From positions 1-26,210 of the forward strand of contig JAUQYZ020000004.1 in assembly GCA_030587475.2 (NCBI GenBank): DNA of 26,210 nt. Direction: 5' to 3'. A model generated the notes under the pieces. That model was given only the letters and a program-made list of their open reading frames with translations. It did no database searches and was not told where the DNA came from. Positions within the stretch are counted from its first letter, which is position 1, and each line of letters opens with the position of its first letter. This DNA comes from Candidatus Sigynarchaeum calidifontis (GTDB lineage: Archaea > Asgardarchaeota > Lokiarchaeia > Sigyniarchaeales > Sigyniarchaeaceae). This document shows positions 16,128 to 24,311 of this stretch, one piece after another. Made by a program: the position numbers and the translations under genes.

Positions 16128-19016
16128 ATGAGACATAGTTCATGGAATGAAAGGTGGGTCATTATCTTGTTATGTTCTACTAGCGTGCTTCTCTGCGCGT
16201 GTTATCCTGGTAGAAATATTTTCCTTTCGATTCGCGATGATCTTGGAAAAGGACTGGAACGAGGTACGGTGAAAGGTTCGAATTTCTTCGTCACAAATCA
16301 AGCGTTAAACGGGACTGTGACCCAGCTCAACTTTAGCGTGAGCCTATCTGCCTACTACCAGCACTCATGCAAGCTCGCGATGCCGGTTGGCTGCGATTTT
16401 GACATGCGGCTCTACAATCCATCCAATACCCTCGTTGCCAGCGCGATGACGCGAAGCACGGCCGGTTCGAACGAATCCTTTGTATATTTCAATAATGGAC
16501 CTATCGGTACCTTTAAAATTCAAATAAGCCGATATTCAGGAGACGGGAACTTCAACTTGTCCGTGATCGAAATACAAAAATACGTAATCGACAATCTCAC
16601 TCCCTACACGCAGGCATTCGAAGCGAACTATAACTCGACCGGATCGTGGGCAAGCACGGCGAACCGGAACCCCTGGAGCCTGACGGATGCGGATTTTATC
16701 TCCAGTCCCACTTCCATGCGGCTCGTGGGGGCCGGAATCCCCATTTTCGACCTTCCTCTTGGTAGCGGTACGTTGGATTCCCCTCTATTCGATCTCAGGG
16801 GTTCTTATTCGTATTATTTCAGCTTTGGGTACCGGTTTCTAAATGGTGCTGGTTATTTACAAATACGGGTGAATTGCACCGGGCCTTGGGATAACCTGGT
16901 TGCTTTAAATGCCCTGGCGACCACGTGGACGCGCGTCGTGCTCAATCTCACCAATTACAAGGGTTCTCACGTCCAGCTCCGGTTCTCTTTAACAAGCGTG
17001 TTGTCCGGCGGTTACTTTTTCCTCGATAATTTCGAGTTGCACACGATTGGCACTGCATCGTTTAGCAATCCGGTTATGACCCCTTTGATGGGAACGATTT
17101 ACGAGACCTTCCATTTTCAAGTTACATATCGTGAAACGCACAACATCTTCCCGTCGGAGATCTACGTTTCAATCTGGAACGGCGCGGTTCCGAACGTGAA
17201 ACGGGTCGATCTTGTCGATGTGGACCCGATGGATTGGGATGTTTCGAACGGGAAGCTTTACAAATGCGATCTCCAGCTGTTCGATATAAGTAATCCTGTC
17301 CTGATTTGCGTGAGCGACCGGATTCCCCTTTATCTTGTTTCAGCACCCAATATGAATGTACCCATAGAAAGCGGCTCATTTCCCTACATGCTCGATTTCG
17401 AGGGTCCCGGCACGTATTATTTTATCAACGATCCCGTTTACGACCCTCCGACCATCGAAACGAACGCGTATGGCCATTATTTTAACGTGGGAACGATCGC
17501 CGGCGATCCGACCGATAATTCGGGGTCTGCCCGCGTGGGGCTCGTGACACCTTGGGTTCACATCACGTCTGGTTTGCAAGCTTTCCTTGAATGCGACGTG
17601 ACCTTCAACGAGGCTATCCAACTGCCAATAAATGCCTTCCGGATAAACATCACTTCCAATGGGGTCGTTTGGAACACGGTTGCAGCATACGAGTCCGGTT
17701 TTGCAGGAAAAATATCGATTAACTTAACGACGTACAACGGTAAAGACGTGAGTCTCCGATTTTTTATGGAATCATCCGTGATAGGGGGTTTCCGGACGGC
17801 CTCTTGTACTCTGGACAATATCACGGTCGTCGAAAAGGATTTTATCCGTCCCACCATGACCACTCTCTCGATCTCGAATGGCCAATGGCTGTTCGGCGTG
17901 GTCAACGTCGAAATGACCGTCAACGACGTGGGGTTCGGCGTCGACCGGGTGATCGTGCGCGTGGACGGCCAGGACCTCGTGACGATCAAGACCTTCACGG
18001 GCAACAAGGCACAATTTTCCTTCGACACGACACGCCTCGGTCTCGGGGATCACGAGATCACGTTCGTCGTGGTCGACAAGAGCGGGAACCAGAACTCCTA
18101 CACGATCGTCGTGCACGTCGACAACACGCCCTACTGGCTCTACGCAGCGATCGCTGCTGCCGCGATCATTTTCGGCATCTACGGATATCGCCGGCTCAAG
18201 AAAGCGAAGCCGGTCCTCCAGCGCCTGATGCGCGGCGAGGCGATTCCCCCGATGGACGTGGCCAAGAAGATCTTGGAGGTCACGAGCATCTTCCGCAACA
18301 TCACGGCCATGGATCTCGCGAGGAAGATGGACATGAAGGGATTGACCGCCGAGAAGGTGCTTGCATATTTGCGGTACATGATCGGCGAGGGCATGATCAA
18401 GGGGAGCCTTGATGGCGACGTCTTCAGGCGAACAATGGCGGGAAAAATGAAGGTGATGCTCGCTGACAAGGAAGCAGCCATCATCGATTACATGCGTGGC
18501 CGGAAGCAAACAACCGTTGCTGACATGATAAAGGACTTGCACATCGAGGGCGTGAGCAAGGATGCCTTGGAAGATTACATCATGGGGCTTGTCGTATCTG
18601 GCAAGTTGAATTGTTTCTTCGAAGGCGACACGATTTACAGCGAGGACGAGGCTGTCGCCAAGGTGAAAGAACCCATTCCCGAACCGGCACCAGTTCCCGA
18701 GCCCGCTTCCCGTGCTACCAAGAAAAAAGCAATCCCGGAGGATAAAGAAAGTGAACGCCAAGAGGTGTCGATGCCCTCGACCGTGGTGCAAACCCAGGAG
18801 GCGGAACCCGCGAAGGCACCATTGACCATAGCGGACAAGAAGGGCGATGTCATGCGGCTACTTTCGTCCAAGGACCGCGTTACGTTCCAGGAGATCAAGA
18901 AAGAACTTGCCTTGCGCGAGACCGCGGAGGAGATCGAGGACTACCTTTTCGATCTCATCAAGAACCGCGAGATAAAGGGCATCATCGAGGACGATGGCTT
19001 TTCCAGGCGTGAATGA
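16128..19016 (+). CDS. Large single-pass surface glycoprotein: PPC-like, two MAM/jelly-roll-like and one Ig-like extracellular domains, a TM helix, and three cytoplasmic PCI-like winged-helix repeats
   Basis: Hydrophobic N-terminus. DFDMRLYNPS...NES...GTFKIQI (PPC-like). Two L.(S/T)P....W....NLT.Y.G..V.LRF...LDN repeats. FDTTRLGLGDHEITFVVVDKSGN (Ig-like). TM YWLYAAIAAAAIIFGIYGY then RRLKK at about aa 669-692. Three repeats ending MIGEGMIKGSLDGD, LVVSGKLNCFFEGD and LIKNREIKGIIEDD. Confidence 0.8.
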   Translation: MRHSSWNERWVIILLCSTSVLLCACYPGRNIFLSIRDDLGKGLERGTVKGSNFFVTNQALNGTVTQLNFSVSLSAYYQHSCKLAMPVGCDFDMRLYNPSNTLVASAMTRSTAGSNESFVYFNNGPIGTFKIQISRYSGDGNFNLSVIEIQKYVIDNLTPYTQAFEANYNSTGSWASTANRNPWSLTDADFISSPTSMRLVGAGIPIFDLPLGSGTLDSPLFDLRGSYSYYFSFGYRFLNGAGYLQIRVNCTGPWDNLVALNALATTWTRVVLNLTNYKGSHVQLRFSLTSVLSGGYFFLDNFELHTIGTASFSNPVMTPLMGTIYETFHFQVTYRETHNIFPSEIYVSIWNGAVPNVKRVDLVDVDPMDWDVSNGKLYKCDLQLFDISNPVLICVSDRIPLYLVSAPNMNVPIESGSFPYMLDFEGPGTYYFINDPVYDPPTIETNAYGHYFNVGTIAGDPTDNSGSARVGLVTPWVHITSGLQAFLECDVTFNEAIQLPINAFRINITSNGVVWNTVAAYESGFAGKISINLTTYNGKDVSLRFFMESSVIGGFRTASCTLDNITVVEKDFIRPTMTTLSISNGQWLFGVVNVEMTVNDVGFGVDRVIVRVDGQDLVTIKTFTGNKAQFSFDTTRLGLGDHEITFVVVDKSGNQNSYTIVVHVDNTPYWLYAAIAAAAIIFGIYGYRRLKKAKPVLQRLMRGEAIPPMDVAKKILEVTSIFRNITAMDLARKMDMKGLTAEKVLAYLRYMIGEGMIKGSLDGDVFRRTMAGKMKVMLADKEAAIIDYMRGRKQTTVADMIKDLHIEGVSKDALEDYIMGLVVSGKLNCFFEGDTIYSEDEAVAKVKEPIPEPAPVPEPASRATKKKAIPEDKESERQEVSMPSTVVQTQEAEPAKAPLTIADKKGDVMRLLSSKDRVTFQEIKKELALRETAEEIEDYLFDLIKNREIKGIIEDDGFSRRE

Positions 19017-19040
19017 AGCGCGGGTCCTGCTTTCTACATC

Positions 19041-19063
19041 CTTTTTCCTTTCATGATTTTTTC
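19041..19063 (+). terminator. Possible oligo-T archaeal terminator
   Basis: CTTTTTCCTTTC..TTTTTT tract shortly after the stop at 19016, between convergent genes. Confidence 0.35.
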
Positions 19064-19101
19064 ACGGGATACCGGCCCCAGCGCATGCGACGTGAGCGGG
19101 T

Positions 19102-19437
19102 TCACGAGATCTTGAACAGGTTCATGGCGACCCGCTTGAATTTCTCGAAGCCCTGGAACTCCTCGTTCGGGTCGGGCATCTTGCCGGGCTTGGCGGATGG
19201 CGGGTTCGGGTCTTGCTCGATCGTGATGCGGACGCGGACGCCCTCGTATTTCTTGGCAAGATCCTTGAGCTCGCGATTGAGGAACACGACCTTTTGATTA
19301 TCCACGTCGCCGAGCACGAAAAGATTGTTCTTGACCTTGTTCCAGTAGGCAGCGAAGTCCTTGTCGTTCGGGTCCCACTGCTTCACGTCTTGCGCGATGA
19401 GGTAGCCGCTGTAAACCGATTTTGCTTTTTTTGCCAC
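19102..19437 (-). CDS. Hypothetical protein (about 111 aa)
   Basis: Host-like codon usage and plausible composition. AGGTGA reads as a Shine-Dalgarno 5 nt before GTG 19437, so the track's 19446 start lies inside the SD. Confidence 0.75.
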   Translation of the reverse strand: MAKKAKSVYSGYLIAQDVKQWDPNDKDFAAYWNKVKNNLFVLGDVDNQKVVFLNRELKDLAKKYEGVRVRITIEQDPNPPSAKPGKMPDPNEEFQGFEKFKRVAMNLFKIS

Positions 19438-19485
19438 GAGTTTCACCTGCTGAGAGAAAAAAATACGGAGGGGCGGAGAAAGCTG

Positions 19486-20424
19486 TTACCGGCGCAAGAG
19501 CCGTGGATTCCAGAACAATTTTTCCTCCTGGGGGACGAGATTCAACTTTGCCTTCCCTTTTTCGACCAGGTCTCGCAGCTTCGCGATGCCGGACATGATA
19601 TCCTTCTTGAACTTGAGCATCATGCTGAAAAGAATGACGGTCTTGAAAAACGGGGGAATTCTGTAAAGATCCTTGTCGAGGAAGGTGATGATGAATTTTC
19701 CTCCCACGTTCAACAGCTTCTCGTCGATCTTCGCGACGGTGCGCTTGCCATCGCCGATTTTCACGTCCCAGTCCGACCCGATGGTCGCCCGCTTCTCGTC
19801 AAAGATGACCGGCATCCATCTATCTTCCTTGACGATCTTGATGCTGCACGCGAACATCTCGCCAACTTTTGGCAATCTCGTGTGTTCTTTCTTGAGATCC
19901 ACGAGGAAATCGTAATTTGGAATGACACATTTGAAAACGGGTAGCTCGTCATCCGATGCGATGCTCGCCGCGAGCGAATTGCCAACGAGTTGCTCGATAG
20001 TGCCGAGATGGGCAACGCTCTCGGAATTGAACCACTTTAAAACCATGCGTTTCGTCGCGAGGTCCTTCTCGGGAACATCGTGCCAGTTGTCCTTGTCGAT
20101 GCCAAACATGCCGTCGGGCTTCCCCTCCTCGCGAACCGCCCCGACGAGGTCGAGGTTCCTCGAAAAAGCCCTGTTCTTCGCCATGAAGCGCTCCTTCTGG
20201 TATATGCCGATTTCAGCCCCGTGCAAATTCGTCATCCAGAAGTCAACTTCGACTTTTTTCTCGAATTTCTCTCCCGGTTTCAAGGGAGTCTTGTCCTCGA
20301 CCTCTGCCTCGGGTGCCTCGTCCGGGATCTCCGCTTCGGCCGCGCTTTCTTCCTTCGCGGCGAGCATCTTCTTCGCTACTGCATCCTCGAGCGCTGCAGT
20401 GCTCTTCGACGTTTTTTTCCCCAT
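19486..20424 (-). CDS. Hypothetical protein with a charged low-complexity N-terminus and a probable Tubby C-terminal/LURP/scramblase-like fold
   Basis: Repeated beta-strand units (HLGTIEQ; DWDVKIGDGKRTVAKIDEKLLNVGGKFIITF) followed by a hydrophobic helix (FFKTVILFSMML), the layout of Tubby/LURP barrels. The CDS is confident; the fold call is moderate. Confidence 0.6.
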   Translation of the reverse strand: MGKKTSKSTAALEDAVAKKMLAAKEESAAEAEIPDEAPEAEVEDKTPLKPGEKFEKKVEVDFWMTNLHGAEIGIYQKERFMAKNRAFSRNLDLVGAVREEGKPDGMFGIDKDNWHDVPEKDLATKRMVLKWFNSESVAHLGTIEQLVGNSLAASIASDDELPVFKCVIPNYDFLVDLKKEHTRLPKVGEMFACSIKIVKEDRWMPVIFDEKRATIGSDWDVKIGDGKRTVAKIDEKLLNVGGKFIITFLDKDLYRIPPFFKTVILFSMMLKFKKDIMSGIAKLRDLVEKGKAKLNLVPQEEKLFWNPRLLRR

Positions 20425-20570
20425 GGTGAATCAACATTCACGATCCTTCCAGGATCTAATTAAGGTTCCTATTAATCCCGTGGAGAGACGATAATCATGA
20501 TACCTGGTTATTATTAAGCACGGGGACGCTCCTAGTCAGCAAGCAAGCGCAAGCACGCGGTTCGCGAGCC

Positions 20571-21479
20571 ATGGCAAAGCACGAGAACAGCATCATCCTC
20601 GGGGACTGCCGGTCGGTGCTCGGCGAGCTCGATGACGAGTCCGTCGACGTTTGCATCACCTCACCGCCGTATTGGGGATGCCGCGATTACGGGACCGAGG
20701 GGCAGATCGGCATCGAGCACAACCCGTTCGACTACGTGGCCGAGCTCGCCGGCATTTTCGCGATCATCAAGACGAAGCTAAAGCCGGAAGGAAACGTCTT
20801 CATCATCATCGACGACGTGTGGGTCTCCAACTGGACACGATGCCGCCAGCACACGTGGATCTCGTCGAAAGACGGCGACGAGGGCATTTCCAACGAGGAT
20901 ATCCAGGACAAGTGCAAGATCCCTCGCAATTGGCCGAAAACCCTTGGCATGGACTGGTTCAAGGCCAAGCAGAAGATGCTCCTGCCCGAACGGCTCACGA
21001 TCAAGATGCAGGAGGAGCAAGGCTGGTTTTTCCGCGAGAAACTCATCTGGTACAAGCCCAACGCGGGGAACTACACGAACATACGCGACCGGTTCGCCCA
21101 TGCTTATGAATACGTTCTCCACTTCACGAAAAACCAGCAATACCACGCGAACATGGATGCCATCACGGACAAGGAAACCGGCAAGCTCCAGCGGGACGTC
21201 CTCTCCATTCCCATCGAGCGCTCCAAGTCCGAGCACTCGGCCACGTTCCCGAAGGCACTGGTCGAGCTGCTCGTCGATTTCGCATGCCCGCCCGGTGGTC
21301 TCGTGCTCGACCCCTTCTGCGGCACCGGCACCGCGCTCGTCGTAGCCAAGGCCATGAAGCGCCGCTACATCGGCATCGAGCTCTCCAGGGCATACCACGC
21401 CGAGGCCGTCCAGCGCGTCGCGGCGGTGGAACCGCAGCCGGGACGTGGAAAACAAGGAAACCTCCTCGAGTGGGCTTGA
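20571..21479 (+). CDS. Beta-class amino DNA methyltransferase, probably N4-cytosine
   Basis: GDC..VL..L.D.SVD, TSPPYW (motif IV), IWYKPN, HSATFP..L, VLDPFCGTGT (motif I) and YIGIEL. Confidence 0.93.
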   Translation: MAKHENSIILGDCRSVLGELDDESVDVCITSPPYWGCRDYGTEGQIGIEHNPFDYVAELAGIFAIIKTKLKPEGNVFIIIDDVWVSNWTRCRQHTWISSKDGDEGISNEDIQDKCKIPRNWPKTLGMDWFKAKQKMLLPERLTIKMQEEQGWFFREKLIWYKPNAGNYTNIRDRFAHAYEYVLHFTKNQQYHANMDAITDKETGKLQRDVLSIPIERSKSEHSATFPKALVELLVDFACPPGGLVLDPFCGTGTALVVAKAMKRRYIGIELSRAYHAEAVQRVAAVEPQPGRGKQGNLLEWA

Positions 21480-21555
21480 TGCACGCTCGGGCGTTCCGAG
21501 GGAATGGCATCGTATTTTACCCCGCCGTGTTTTGTTTCTTAATGAGGCTCGCCCC

Positions 21556-22488
21556 ATGAAAGAACTCCTCGGCATGCGCGGCATCATCACGGTTCTCAAC
21601 ACGCCCTTTACTGGAGATGACAAGATCGACATCGACGCCTTGAAACGAAACGTGAAGGAGGCGATCGACGCCGGCGTTGCCGGGTTTCTCGTGCCAGCAA
21701 TGGCATCCGAGGTCGACAAGCTCAGCGATGCCGAGCGAGTGGCAATGATCGCGGCGACCCTCGACGTGGCCAGGGGCAAGGTGGCCGTCATCGGCGGCGC
21801 GTCGGCACAGACAACCGAGGCGAGAGCGCGCCACGCGAAAGCAATCATCGATGCGGGCTGTGACGGCATGCTTGCAAGCATTCCTTACCAGGATGACAAG
21901 CAATACACGCGCGAGGTCGTCGCGCTGGCCAAGCTCGAGCCAAAATTCTTGATGTTACAAGATTGGGCAACTACCGGCAACGGCCTGCCCGTCCCGCTGA
22001 TAGCACGGCTTTTCGAGGAGGTCGACGCGTTCAAGGCCTTGAAGATCGAGGTTCCGATGGCTGGCATCAAGTACACGCAGGTCTACGGCGCCACGGGTGG
22101 CCGGCTGCACTTGTCCGGGGGCTGGGCCGTCATGCAGATGATCGAGGGCCTCGATCGCGGGCTGCACGCGTTCATGCCGACCGCACTGCACTGGACTTAC
22201 TCGAGAATATTCAAGCTGTACCAGTCGGGGAAGCGGGCCGAGGCAAGGGCCCTGTTCAACAAGATCTTGCCCGTGCTCGCGTTCTCGAACCAGCACATCG
22301 ACATTTCTATCCACTTCTTCAAGCGATTGCTGCACGAGCAAGGCATCTACCCGACAACCCGGGTCCGCGAGCCGATCATGCCCTTCGACGCCGTCCACGA
22401 GAAGATTGCTGCGGAACTCGTGAACCACGCCATCCTCGTCGAACTCGAGGCAAAGGGTGCATCGAAATCACGCAAGGGGGAATCTTGA
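21556..22488 (+). CDS. DHDPS/NAL-superfamily protein, not DapA; resembles the 2-keto-3-deoxy-L-arabinonate dehydratase subgroup
   Basis: TPF....IDIDALK, AMASEV.KLS..ER (in place of GTTGE), LMLQD (in place of lYN) and ALKIE (Schiff-base Lys). ATG 21556 avoids overlap with the methyltransferase. Confidence 0.82.
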   Translation: MKELLGMRGIITVLNTPFTGDDKIDIDALKRNVKEAIDAGVAGFLVPAMASEVDKLSDAERVAMIAATLDVARGKVAVIGGASAQTTEARARHAKAIIDAGCDGMLASIPYQDDKQYTREVVALAKLEPKFLMLQDWATTGNGLPVPLIARLFEEVDAFKALKIEVPMAGIKYTQVYGATGGRLHLSGGWAVMQMIEGLDRGLHAFMPTALHWTYSRIFKLYQSGKRAEARALFNKILPVLAFSNQHIDISIHFFKRLLHEQGIYPTTRVREPIMPFDAVHEKIAAELVNHAILVELEAKGASKSRKGES

Positions 22489-23264
22489 CGGGAAAATACG
22501 ATAAAAAGGAGATCCGGGGCATCTACGTCGATTTCGACGGTTGCCTCTCGCCCGCCGTGCCAGGAGACGCGCTGGACATCGACCTCGTCCACTTTATCCG
22601 CGACACGAACCAGGCCGCGAGGGACGGGGGCCATGCTCCTTTCGTGGCCATCAACTCGGGCCGCCCCGAGTCGTTCATCGAGGCGCATGCCCAGGCCTTC
22701 GACATCAAGGAATTCTGCATTTTCGAGAACGGCGCCGGCATCTTCCGGTTTCCCGCGAATACCATCGAGATGTACCTCGACCCCCGTATTCCCTCCTCCA
22801 TCCACGCGGATTTCCTCGCCATGGCCAAGGCGGTCAAGCAAGAATTCGGCTTGGAGCGACAGCCGAACAAGGAATACAACCTCACCTACTTGTTTCCCGA
22901 GCACGACCCGCGCATCGCCGATGTGGCCAGCTTCATCGCGGGTTATATAAAAAAAAGGCGACTGCCCTATTACATCGACACGGGCATCAACTTCATCAAC
23001 GTCATCACCGCCGGGATCGACAAAGGCACCGGGCTGCGCCTCGCGGCGGAAAAAGCGGGCTTCGACCTGTCGAGCATCGCGGGCATCGGCGACAGCGACA
23101 GCGACCTGGCGTTCATGGACTTGTGCGCGGTCACCGCTTGCCCATCGAATGGCTCGCCTTGCTTGAAGGAAAAGGTAGATTACGTGTCGCCATTCCCCCA
23201 TGCCAAGGGTACCATGGACATCATCAAGCGATTGCTCGATGGTAGCATTAACGGGCGCGGCTGA
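22485..23264 (+). CDS. HAD-superfamily (Cof/SPP/phosphoglycolate phosphatase-like) hydrolase
   Basis: VDFDGCL, NSGR, FENGA, DKGTGL and GIGDSDSD motifs. TTG 22485 overlaps the upstream TGA (TTGA), so the track's 21963 start is an artefact. Confidence 0.88.
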   Translation: MTGKYDKKEIRGIYVDFDGCLSPAVPGDALDIDLVHFIRDTNQAARDGGHAPFVAINSGRPESFIEAHAQAFDIKEFCIFENGAGIFRFPANTIEMYLDPRIPSSIHADFLAMAKAVKQEFGLERQPNKEYNLTYLFPEHDPRIADVASFIAGYIKKRRLPYYIDTGINFINVITAGIDKGTGLRLAAEKAGFDLSSIAGIGDSDSDLAFMDLCAVTACPSNGSPCLKEKVDYVSPFPHAKGTMDIIKRLLDGSINGRG

Positions 23265-23279
23265 ATTGCACGGCTCCCG

Positions 23280-24311
23280 TCATGACGACCGGAACGCCTC
23301 GTCCAGCCATTGGAGTATCTTGATCACGACCGCTGTCTCTTGCCCCCGCAAGGGATGATCCCCCTTCTCCGTGAGGAACACGTGGGACGCGGGTAATCCC
23401 AGGTGCTCGATGAACTTGGCCGCGCTGGCCTCGAACAGCACGAGCTTGTCATCCTTGGCGTGCACCAGGCGGATCTTGCGAGCGGCTTCCTCTCTCGGCA
23501 TGGCATTCAAGTAGGTTTTTGGCGATATTCTCTCGTTCAAGCGACGTAACTTGCCGAAATCTGTCACGTTGCGCAAAAAATGCTTGGAAAACCACGGTTC
23601 TGTCAAGGGCACGCGCCCGCGCTTTGCTTCCAGCAGGTCAACGAAGCTGTAGAAACTGCTCATCGGGATCACGAGCTTGACGCGTGGATCGGGCAGCGCG
23701 GATACCAAGGAGGTTGCACCCCCGAGGCTATGGCCGATCGCGACGATCTGGCTGGGATCCGCATCGGGCCTGCTGCAAGCATAGTTCAATATCTGCTTGT
23801 AATCGGGCATGATGCCTGTCGTGTCGGTCATGTACCAGTCGTCCATCCGGGCTCCCTTGAGTCGCTTCGCGCTCTCCCCGTGACCCCGGGCATCGGGCAA
23901 GATGACTAAAAAACCGCGCATGGCCAGCGGGATGGCAAGCCAGAGGAGTTTCTTGCCACGCCCCGTTAGCCCGTGATGGCATATGGCGACCGGGAGGCGC
24001 TTTCCATCGGTGCCCGGGGCTTTCAACACCTTGCATGCCATTTGCCAGCCGTCTGCCATGGGTATGTCGACCGTTTCCTTGACAAGAAACTTGTCATCGG
24101 CGATGTTTTCCCAGTCGCCGTTGACGAGGCGAAAGTAGGCGAAACCAAGCATGATGCCGAGCAGCAAGAAAAGCACGATGGAGACCAGCAGCACCCATGA
24201 CCACGCGATGCAACCCGCGAGAATGCCGGCGGTACAAGTCAACGATTCCGCGATGGCTATCACGAAGAACGATTTGACGTATTTCCAATACATCCCGCGC
24301 TCACCCGACAT
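23280..24311 (-). CDS. Membrane-anchored alpha/beta-fold hydrolase (lipase/esterase-like)
   Basis: Two N-terminal TM helices. HHGL, DARGHGES, GHSLGG (Ser), HAKDD (Asp) and GDH (His). Confidence 0.88.
   Translation of the reverse strand: MSGERGMYWKYVKSFFVIAIAESLTCTAGILAGCIAWSWVLLVSIVLFLLLGIMLGFAYFRLVNGDWENIADDKFLVKETVDIPMADGWQMACKVLKAPGTDGKRLPVAICHHGLTGRGKKLLWLAIPLAMRGFLVILPDARGHGESAKRLKGARMDDWYMTDTTGIMPDYKQILNYACSRPDADPSQIVAIGHSLGGATSLVSALPDPRVKLVIPMSSFYSFVDLLEAKRGRVPLTEPWFSKHFLRNVTDFGKLRRLNERISPKTYLNAMPREEAARKIRLVHAKDDKLVLFEASAAKFIEHLGLPASHVFLTEKGDHPLRGQETAVVIKILQWLDEAFRSS

Noticed and set aside
20442-20556. GATCCT-TCC-AGGATC hairpin, GCAA short repeats, and CACGGGGAC shared with 25680-25688
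   Set aside because: These are too short to distinguish from chance and are not an array or an IS end.
19102-21479. Type II restriction-modification system (312-aa or 111-aa protein as the endonuclease)
   Set aside because: No convincing PD-(D/E)xK, HNH or GIY-YIG motif was seen, and the 312-aa protein fits a Tubby/LURP-like layout better. A structure search is needed to exclude it fully.
21963-22484. Apparent 174-aa N-terminal extension of the HAD protein
   Set aside because: It is an alternative frame of the DHDPS-like gene with Arg/Ala-rich nonsense composition. The HAD motif begins just after TTG 22485.
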